Positions 38,300 through 48,700 of a DNA stretch of 64,000 nucleotides are shown piece after piece; positions within the stretch are counted from its first letter, which is position 1, and every line of letters starts with the position of its first letter. The notes below the pieces were generated by a model that saw nothing but the letters and a program-made list of their open reading frames with translations, ran no database searches and had not been told where the DNA came from. The position numbers were made by a program, and so were the translations under genes. The DNA comes from Diadema antillarum (taxonomy: Eukaryota), in assembly GCF_040938485.1 (NCBI RefSeq), contig NW_027271973.1, positions 1 through 64,000 on the forward strand. The letters are read 5' to 3'.

Positions 38300-38770
38300 A
38301 CTCACTGAGAGTCAAGTGAAAGTTCAGCTAAAACCTACTTGACCAGTGGACTGCAAGCTGCACAGATGTCTTAATACTTTACGAGGCTGTCAACATTTAT
38401 ACACGTCGTAAAGCAGGCTAAACGAGCCCGAAGTTACAACAAGGTCTGATTCCGCTTGAACGCGTTGGATCCGATCTCCAGGACCTCCGGATCCTGCCCG
38501 TGCCGATGCCCTGTAGCTATACTGTGGCTGTTGTGTGTGTCGCTGTCGGGCGGGCCTTCTTGACATGAGACGGGACTCCCCCAATTCCCCCAAGCTCCGG
38601 CTCGCTGAGCTGCACGCACACGACAGAGCAAGACGTGCCTATGCATGCCGTGCTTATTAGTATTTTTCATAGCACATGAGAACATCACGCGAACGAGCCT
38701 GAATGATATATCGAAAATGGCGCCTTTCATGGCTGTTCTTTGAAGTGTCTCTTTCGACGAAAGGAGCTGG
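38300..38770. promoter_or_regulatory. Probable bidirectional promoter and non-coding first exons of ISPD (-) and the HDGFL2-like gene (+)
   Basis: GC/CpG-rich island between divergent genes; YY1-type AAAATGGCG at 38714-38722; + donor CTG|GTAAAT at 38769; candidate - donor near 38305. Both genes have an acceptor upstream of their ATG (35720 and 42682), so upstream exons are required. Confidence 0.55.
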
Positions 38771-39161
38771 TAAATTTATTTTTTCTCGTCATATATCTGG
38801 TTTTTGTGATGGAATGTGTGTGTAATGTATCGATGAATAAGATATTGTGTAAGAACTTTAGCAGAATTTACCACTTTTCAATTATTCGTGGATAACTAGG
38901 TGTTTTTCCATCGTAAGAAGGTAGAGCTAGCTCGAGATAGCGAGTCTGTGATTTTGATATGATGGTGCACTGGGTAGTGCGTGTGCCTTTCCCCCGTGAA
39001 GGGCCGTGTGCGCGGTGCGTGTGTCGTTTTTCCTCCCATGTGTGTGTGTTGTGTGTGTGAATATGTGCCTTTTTTTGGGCCCTTGCCATGTAAACTATGT
39101 AACATGTTATGGTTGGACCTACTTCTCATCGACCGCCTAATGTTTATTTGCTTGATAAGAA

Positions 39162-39314
39162 GGCATTTAGCCATTATCGTGATATAGTCCCCACCTAGAT
39201 CCCCACCAAAGTGCGCGTGCACCCGTGCGTTTTTAGGGTAGGTTTCTATAGGGTTAGGGTTTTATTTATTTTAGTACGGACACGCAGCGGTGGGGACTAT
39301 ATCACGATTATGCC
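39162..39314. mobile_element. Same 8-bp-TSD family, short copy B in the opposite orientation
   Basis: GATAAGAA|GGC ... GCC|GATAAGAA; 20-bp internal inverted repeat ATCGTGATATAGTCCCCACC; TAGGGTTAGGG tract; shares GTGCGCGTGCACCCGTGCGTT and TTAGTACGGACACGCAG with copy A. Confidence 0.85.
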
Positions 39315-39859
39315 GATAAGAATATTTAACACTGAAATTCACGTAAAAAAACTTGACCTATGTGATTGAGAAAATCCAGCACTATCAAATGCCGTTGTTC
39401 CCTTTTCGATTCGATTCAAGGTTTCAGTGCAAAAATATCGGCGTCGAACTTGCGTGGCCTCGTTTCAGCTCCCCACGGTAACGCTCCTCATTGAGATGGA
39501 CCGCTGTTTTTGCATTGACAATGCACGCAAACCAAGTTGTATTGAACACCGTGTTGTACGGAGCTTTTTAGAAACTTCCATAGACATTACATTACGATTC
39601 GGTGAAAATATTCATTCGAAATTTTGTCCTTGATTAAAACCATTAATGAACCGTGAATTTTCGCGTCTTCCCACACCATCCTCATCAATCAACAGTCAAA
39701 GCCAATCCATTTTTATGTGCTTTGCGCGCAGTGAAGTACGTACTAAGCGTTCTGTGCGCCAATTAATACGCGGTCGGTTTAAAAAAGGGTGGTCGATAAA
39801 TAGTGGGCTACCATATACCTAACTTAGTTAGGATCTACATGTACTTCCTAAAAGGAACC

Positions 39860-40046
39860 TAATGTCCCTCGACTGATTTAATCATAGAATTCTAAATACA
39901 ACCCTAACCTAACCCTTAACCTAACCTCCTTGGCTTGGCCTTGCTTAGTCAAATTATTGTTTAATATTACGATTGTCTATGTTAACACTTTGAATAGTCG
40001 GATGCACGCGCACTACTATTTATAGGGCCAATTTTATGATTTTGCC
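39860..40046. mobile_element. Same family, partial copy C (left end not found)
   Basis: GTCCCTCGACT...TAAATACAACCCTAACCTAACCC...TGCACGCGCACT...GATTTTGCC, collinear with copy A. Confidence 0.65.
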
Positions 40047-40789
40047 GATCGTTACATTTCATTTGTCATTTTCGTTTGTGGGCATTTCTAATTCTACATC
40101 TGATTTGGCACTCCGTACCCCATGGTACCATTTGTAGCTTGGGATAGGCCTACGCCGTTGCGTATCACCGTCTCGTCTGGATCTGGATCTGGATCTGTTA
40201 CTCTGAAAAGCTCAGGTTGAGCATAACTACAATAGATCTAACTAGACTCTATGTAGAATCTAACATTAGTTGTGCAATTGCTGTTGTCATGGCGGCTATT
40301 TTCTCATCATTAGCGCTGGCATAAATCGGTGTGGCAAAAATGTCCACACACGTGATCATTCATTCACTCAATGCAAGCACATTGACTGTTACTGAAAGAA
40401 ACTGACACTGTCTTAGAATGGATAATAAATCAAATTTAATTTCCAATCTCATTCAAAGTCAACATAATAAAATCAGCACTTTAATACAATAACATGTAGA
40501 CATATTAATTGTGAAGATTTACAACTGAGCATGTAAATGAGAAAAAAGTTATTATTACATGCACTACCGGGTAATTGTTGCATAATCACAAACAGAAAAA
40601 TATTTTTGATCATAATAATACTAAAAATTATTTTTACACATTCTAAGGTAACCCAGGGTATAGCGCTGAAAAAAAAGTAATAATTCAACAAAATACAACG
40701 TAGTGAATTTTCATTTGGTACCCCAGGGTACCATTAAATTGCATCATTTGTGGGTTTAACACTTAGCACTCTTTTTTAGATGAAGCTTG

Positions 40790-40985
40790 CAAAAAGGGAC
40801 TTGTTTTGAGCGAGGACATGAAATTTGACGTCAATATCAATGCTTCTTAATATCCGACTTGGTTATAGATTTATATGAGTTTTGGGAATGAGCTAGTAAG
40901 TATCCGACTTCCTGTGGTTTTAGTGCAATCTGAGTTCTCAGAGTTCAAGATATCAACATGGATATTAAAGTACACCAAGCATGTA
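40790..40985. mobile_element. One-arm remnant of the 35925 MITE family
   Basis: TTGTTTTGAGCGAGGACATGAAA...GATATCAACATGGATATTAAAGTAC resembles the right arm at 36520-36720. Confidence 0.5.
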
Positions 40986-41091
40986 CATACCAATAAGCAC
41001 TGAATTGCCTACCAGTACTGAAGTAGACCATCTAGATTACAATACTTTAAAACTCCTTTAGATAACTATGTCAGTTACTACCAATACATTT

Positions 41092-41839
41092 CAGTTCGGG
41101 AAACCCACTCACAAGGGGGGCCCCTCCTTATAAGTAACCCGTCCCCCTTATAAGTAACCCCGTCCCCCTTATAAGTAACCCCCGGGGCACCCCTTATAAG
41201 GAGTCTCCACGCTTTTTTGCAATGCAACGCGAAAATGAAAGGACTGCGGCAATTCGCTTGATTATGTCCATAAAGCTTCACAAGTTTCCTAGTTACTCAC
41301 GAAATTTGAGCAAAATCGGTTTGAGGCATCATATCTAAAATCATGGATTTAAATGCAATGTCAAACGACCCATGCGAATGCTGAAATGCGAGCGATTACT
41401 GGCGTGAGTGTCGCCAGGCGCGGCGGCGCGGCAATGCTTGAGTGCAGACGTGGCGACTGAGTACATGTACTGAGTCGCCACGTCTGCACTCAAGCATTGC
41501 CGCGCCGCCGCGCCTGGCGACACTCGCGCCAGTAATCGCTCGCATTTCAGCATCCGCATGGGTCGTTTGACATCGCATTTAAATCCATGATTTTAGATAT
41601 GATGCCTCAAACCGATTTTGCTCAAATTTCGTGAGTAACTAGGAAACTTGTGAAGCTTTATGGACATAATCAAGCGAATTGCCGCAGTCCTTTCATTTTC
41701 GCGTTGCATTGCGAAAAAGCGTGGAGACTCCTTATAAGGGGTGCCCCGGGGGTTACTTATAAGGGGGACGGGGTTACTTATAAGGGGGACGGGTTACTTA
41801 TAAGGAGGGGCCCCCCTTGTGAGTGGGTTTCCCGAACTG
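41092..41839. mobile_element. 748-bp spacerless palindromic (foldback) element with 4-bp TSD ATTT
   Basis: ATTT|CAGTTCGGGAAACCC ... GGGTTTCCCGAACTG|ATTT; two 374-bp arms with 5 mismatches; centre GTACA|TGTAC between 41465 and 41466. Confidence 0.9.
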
Positions 41840-42721
41840 ATTTTGCCCATACATTGTACTTCTATAGTAGAAGTCTTACAACCTGAGTCTAGTTGTTACC
41901 ATTCATTAAATGTCAGCCAAATAGTAATGAACTTTGGAAGAATCCATCAGACATTATGCTACAGTCTAGATTTTTATGGATTGTTTGAAAAACCCTCTCA
42001 AAAACCCAGGGAAATGCTGCTATGCTGCAATAAGTCATTTAGCTGCCAAGATCTCTTCTAGTTTAATACAGTATATCCCCCTGAGTGAATTGATTTAAAA
42101 TATCTTATGTCAATCAACCAGGTGACTGTGAACTTTGTATGGAAGAAGGCATTACTCCCATTACAAGTGAAACTACAGTCTAGATTTTATAGATTATTCT
42201 ACATCCTTTCACAAAAACCAGGGATGTGCTATACCTGGTTATAATTATGGCTATATACCTGCCAAAAGATCTATACTTTGGAAGAATATAGAAATGATGC
42301 TACGGTCCAGATTTTTCAAGGTTTTTTTTTTCCCCCTACATTCTTTCACAACCAGAGCTGTGATGTGATTCAAGCTGCCAAAATATCTTGCAGTTGTACA
42401 TATCCCCCCGCAATTAGTTGATTTAATGTGGAGTATATTAGTACTTTAACAAGATTCGGCAAAATGTTTTTAGTTTGTCACCACTCCACAGTGTTATTTT
42501 GTAAACTTGGCTCATGATACTTTTGATAAAGTAGTGTCAAAGTTATTACTGTGAGTACTCTATTGGACCAATAACATCATGAAGATCATTCAAACCTTCC
42601 AAGATCTATCTTTTTTAATCATTGTCTTCTGATATCATATAACGTTCTGACTTACATGTATTATTTTTTACTTCGACCTCAGCCTGTGGGAAGTGTGGTC
42701 TCAAGGGGAAAAAAAATCACC

Positions 42722-45700
42722 ATGTCACGCCCAAAGCAGTACGAACCAGGAGATAAAGTCTTTGCGAAGATGAAAGGATGGCCATTTTGGCCAGCAAGGG
42801 TAAGGAAATCAATATTTCTTTTTGCTATACTAAATGATACTGTTTAATCGATCAGGAAAGTACTTCACTTAACTCTTTCCGTAATTGTAAAAAGTAAAAA
42901 GTTACTTCACTGAGTATTCTATCATTTGACGATGCAAATCACTGTTACTTTTACAATATATTCTTCTTTTGTTTGCAGTTTTAATGTTCTTAAATGAATC
43001 TTTGTCGTATTTTATGATGGACACGTTTGATATTGAATATTAATGAATATGGATGATTAGGTTTAGAGACAAAGCAAAGAACATCATGTTCAAATATAGC
43101 TTTGCACATGGTGAGGCTGTCTTACACTAACTCAGGGACTCAGTACCATGTATAGTTAGTACTTGTGTTTATCTGTCTTTCTAATGCTACCTCATGTCTT
43201 TCTCTCTCACTCTCTCTGCATGTTAGGTGGATGATGTTCCTGAAGGAGGGGTGAAGCCACCTCCAAATAAATATCCCATCTTCTTCTTTGGCACACATGA
43301 AACGTAAGCATGGCTTATGTGTCCTTTCTTTCTGTTGTCGCCATTTGCGCTACCATGTACAATATGTTGCCAGTACAGTAATCATGTTTGTTCAAATGAG
43401 AAAAAGGCTGGAAAAAAGAATGAAAAAGATGTGTTTAATGTTGTACATGACTTCTAATATCTCAAAGAGTTCTCATGTATTTTTGTTTTTGTTTGTTTTT
43501 TTCTCTTCTTTTCTAGTGAGTCTTAACCATTAATATGTAAATAAGTTTCAGACTGCTAATCTGAAGTAAGAATTAAATATAAAAGTCATGTATCTTGTGA
43601 TTGAACCACAGAATGCAATATGTTCATGAAGGTGTAGTGATACAGAGTAATTTGATTCAGCATTGAATGTGATGCGCCTTTTTTGTAAATTGAATGCCAT
43701 ACGGTGATGATAATGTCTATGTGATGATATACAGCTTAATTTGTCTTGTCTCATTTAAATTGTGCAGTGGCAGTGCAAGATAACTCAATAAAGTATTGTG
43801 CTGTTCTTTGATACAATATTTCAGGGCATTTATGGGTGTGAAAGACTTGTACCCATATGCACAATTCAAGGAGAAATATGGAAAAGCACACAGAAGATAT
43901 GAGGCCTTCAACATTGGCTTGTGGGAGATCGAAAACAACCCCAATGTCAAGTTTCATGGAGTGGTAAGTATTAAAAGCTCAAAGGGAATTCTTACTTTGT
44001 TAAAATGAAAGAAAAATAGACAAAGTAATATCGTGATTATATTTCTATTAAGTAGTATGATTCCAAATTTTAAAAGAATCTGAGAGAAGATACAAATATC
44101 TCTTTATGTGTATGTGTGTGTATCCTGCTCAATAGAATGTTGCTAAAAGTAGCTAGAAACATTGATGATTTACTGTTGACATGAAACCACTCTCGGATAC
44201 TAACAGCTGTTTCAGAGCAGATGGTGTGTTCATTACCAATGACAGTCTTGTCATATATCCTACAAAGGAGTGTCATGGGCTAGCATTTATATCTCAGTTT
44301 ATGAGAAGAACAGTGTTCAGTTGATGAGAAAAAACAAGTGATAGTCTAAAGCCATAAATGAAACAAATTTGTTCACAGATGTGCCTGCTCCTCTGGAGTT
44401 AAATGAGCACACATGAAAATGTTTGGGTGCCAAGTAGTTGCTGTGCTAAAGATGGTTTTATGTGTTGATCATCCAGTATGGGGTTGCCTTTCTTCCACCA
44501 GCATCCCGGTTCTTCCACTGATGAGGAAACTGGAGGAAGTGCTGTGAAGACAGAAGAAGAGGTGGAGGAGGAGGAGGATGAAGGAGCTGAGATAGCTGAA
44601 AAGGAGCCAGACTCTGATGACTCGGACGGCGGGTTGGTGATCGATGAAGGAGGCAAGAAGCCGAAGAGCAAGGTGATTACAGACAAGACTGGCAGAACTT
44701 GTGGATTTTGTCATTCTTGATGGAATTTGCGAATTTCTGAACGTACATTTCTATTTGTTTAATTTGGTTTCTTTGTTTGGTCATTTGGGTGTCCGTAAAA
44801 GGATCTGAATGTTAGTTACTCCATTTCTTAGCTGTCATGTATTGAAATGAACGAAATATCCTCAGTGAAGTGAAATGCAGTCACAATAGCAATAAAAGCA
44901 TTAACATATATTTTTGAGCTTGAAAAAAAACCACCAAGTCATAAACACTAAAAGTAAATAAATAAAATCTTTCTCTCTTTTTTTTTTGGGGGGGGAGGGG
45001 TTAAATGATGTTATTTGTCAACAAAATACCACAAGGAGATGGGTGTTCAGGGATAGTTTGCTAGGTGTTGTACTGTCTTTATTCTTTAGTAAGTCGGCAC
45101 TCATCGTTTTATTTTATAATTATTACAGGAAAAGAAACCACCAAAGCCAAGAAAGAGGAAAGCCAGTGCAGAAAGTAGTAAGGTAAGTGCCAAATTATGT
45201 CAATTTATTGTCCGTGTGAAAAGTTGAATTTTGTAATGCCTGTTGCAACATTTTCTCTGCATCTGTTTTCAAATGCTTAGAAAAAAAAAAGTCAATATGG
45301 GCAGTAATTTCAGTTGTCTCTGGAACTTTCCTATTTTCGCAAGATTCCATTATACATTCATTTGTAAACATATTTGAAAAGTCTTATTTTTTTCACTAAA
45401 TAAAACGAGCTTCGTAGATGTAAACCAAACCCTACAGTGTGATAACCACACACATTTTATCAGGTCAGTCCAGGATTTATTTTGATTTTGACTTGTGTAG
45501 AGTTGACTTTGCATTGTAACCATAGATTGAATTAAGAACGCATGCTCTACGTTGATGCAGTCAGTCAAAGCTGGAGGCTTTGATTTCTGCAGTATCTTAT
45601 CAACAGTTATGGAAATTCTTGATTCGTGTGGTAATTTTGAATTGTATGAAGTGGATATCTAGCCAAGTGTAAAAATGTAGCACTTGATTGTGTATACCTC

Positions 45701-48700
45701 ATTTCTTCTCACTTTTAGAACTACACTCAGCTTCTTCTTTTTTTTTCCTTCTAACCCTTTTGAAGTCCTCTTTAACATTGTTTTAGAGATGATGGTAAAG
45801 AAATACTGTGAACTCTATTTTCACACTGTTGTCCAGTTGTGTAACACATAGTTATTTCTTTCTGCCCAGCCCAAGTCAAAGCAGGGGAGACGTTCTTCAG
45901 GGGGGCCCCAGGTTCGAGGATCTGACGATGATGAGACCGACTATGATGCAACTCCAAGTGCTACAGAAAGCAGTGGGGAGGTATGGAAGCAGTGATGCCT
46001 ACAGCCATGCAGGCAAATTCGGGAGACATTGTCGATACTTCCAGACCTAGTGTTCATGAAATATTTCATACTGTGATATGGCGAACCAGTCAGTTTCTGG
46101 TTTCTCTTTCCCAGAAATAACCACTTTCTCATGCAAAAAACCTACTATGAGTTTTTTTTTTTTAAATGAAAATGTGCTTAATGTTTTGCATCATACCCTT
46201 AAATCACAGCACTATATTTGTAGGAAAGTGGACTCCCATTATAATCAAGTCCTCGGGACTGACAGTTTTCTTTCGTTATATCAAAATTTCGTTGTGACTG
46301 AACAAATAAACAACTAGAAAAGCACTCTGAGAGCGCAGACCTCCGCCAAGAAGCTACTTTCCACCGATGATCTTGTTCTTCCATAGAGATCAGTGATTTC
46401 CACCCACTGAAAAATCGCCCGATTTCCCAATATAGAAGCCTTTGTTACGTCATAAACCCTCAGCTGCGCGGCGCACCTAACCCTAGCAGAAACTAGAGCA
46501 TGCACTTAAGTGCGCGTATGAAAACCTCAAAAATGTGCAGCTTGAACTCCCAAGTTCATTGACCCTACCTGGCAAAATATTGAAAATCCTTCATAAAATC
46601 CATAACAATTTCTGGATCACTACCAAGATTTAGTCATCTGTTCCTTGTGTCATTCTCAACCTTTCCTGCAAGTTTCATACGAATCCGTGCACAACTTTTT
46701 GAGTTATTTTGCACACGGACAAACAAACAAACAAACAAACCAATGGTAATGAAAACATAACCTCCTCCCTTGGCGGAGGTAATAAAAATACATAGAGTGG
46801 ATAATGTTGCGGCCTAAATTTTTACTTCATTGTAACCGGAATTTCATTATAACCGTGTTCGTTATAATGGGAGTGCACTGTAGCAGTATGTTCACTGCAT
46901 TGCATTCAGACATAAATAATGGATTACTTTGCAGGAGTTTGCACCAGCGAAGAAAAAGGCTCGGCAGGGCAAAGGGAGCGGCTCTTCAAGCAAGGCCAGG
47001 CGCAAGTCCAAAGTCAGTGCCGATTCTGACGAGGAGATGGATGATGAGGATGATGACGATGCAAAGCCGGCCGTGGACTCGGAGGATGAGGAAGAAAAAG
47101 TTGTCAAGCCCAAGAAGACGAAGAAGACCCCGCCAAAAAAGCAAACACCGAAGGGTGAGTGACTCAAATGTATTTATATATCAAATTTCTCCTTCCTCTT
47201 GCTGTCTTATGAATGCAAAAAGTGTGGCAAGAAACTGAGTCTCGCATAGTCTCGCATATGTAAGATGAAAACTGCTGGAAAGGAAACTGAAGAGAGAGAA
47301 AAACTTACATGTTATCTTGCTATTAGTAATCCCCATATTTTATGCCTGAACACCAACATTGCTGATAACATTATGATTTTGTAGTTGCAAGTGTCTGTTG
47401 TTCCATCTAGTGTGTGCAATGAGATGAAGTAAGACAGCGGCAATCACGGAGATTAGAGTGTGTGTGTGTGTGTGTGTGTTGATGGTAGGGATCGAACAAA
47501 TGACAGGAGTTACAATTGAATTTAAAATTGTATTTTTCATGCAACAACTGAAGAAATAATGAATGCTACTTGTAATGATGCATCATTACTGTATGACTGC
47601 ACTGAATTGACAAGTGAAGTCTGGTAGAGCTAGGGGGTTGATGGTCCAAGTCAAGAATTTTTGTCTAAATGCTGATCTAAAAGATTCAAGCAAAATTTGG
47701 AATTGATACTGGAATTTGTTGTAATCACAATTATAATGTCATCGTTTTGTTTGCCTTTGCAGAGAAGAAAGCAAAACAGACACCCCGGTCCAGCACAAAG
47801 AAAGCAAAGGCTCAGAAACCCGTGGTGACTACACCCCTGTCTAGTGACAGTATATCAAGGTACGTCCATTCTTTTAATGTTATGCAACACCGAGGAGCAT
47901 TCATTGTCATGAATACAGGTGTCTTACTCGTTTGTAAACTGTAAAAGCAGAAGTGAATTCCTTCAGTTGACTCTGCTCAGATGTAATGGCATCTGGCAGT
48001 CAGTGAAGTATGCTTTTACTTTTAGTAATGGCCAAACCAGTAATTTAGAGTAATTGAGTTTGTGTTTTTCCCTTACTATAAATAGAATGAATTGCAGCTC
48101 ATTTCAGCAGAAAGGTTACAAAAGATGAATTACTGATTAGAGCTTCAGCTGAGATTCAGCTCACAGGCTAGGAGATTTGAAGGTTTAGGTTAAGGTTAGA
48201 AGGAAGGTCACACCCAACTAGAAATAACTCATGACGTACTTGCCACAGTTGGACCAAATACAACACAAGTATCACACTCAAAACCACTAGCCACTGGACA
48301 AGAAGTATAAATTCAGCATATGTACAGAGTGAAATGAGGGAAACATTATCTCACCAAGGGACGGGTAGGGATATTTGTGATGACAGTTCCAGTAAAAAAA
48401 CAAAGCAAAAACAAAAACGAATAAACAAACAAACATTACCTTTTTAGTTTTTTTCTTTTCTTTAATGGCTGCTGCACTGTCATTTCTTCTAAAATAAAAT
48501 GTTGATATTAAATTATTCAAATGATATAACACATGATTCTTACTGGCTTCTGGTGATTGCAGTGATGATGACTCTGATGTCCACATGTCCTGGAAGGAGA
48601 GAGATCAGGAGAAGAAGCGCAAAATGGAAGAGGCCCGCAGGAAACAGGAAGAGGAGCAAATCAAGCAGATGAGGGAGCGGGAGAGGGAAGAGGAGAAGAA

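Noticed and set aside
37780-39930. True or interstitial telomere / chromosome fusion site
   Set aside because: The tracts are short, degenerate and enclosed in TSD-flanked elements
41125-41200. CRISPR-like or iteron-like repeats
   Set aside because: These are tandem 20-21 bp units without unique spacers, in a eukaryotic element with no cas or rep genes
41078-41886. Mirror-image ORFs MKLYGHNQANCRSPF... on both strands
   Set aside because: An automatic consequence of the palindrome; no coding signature
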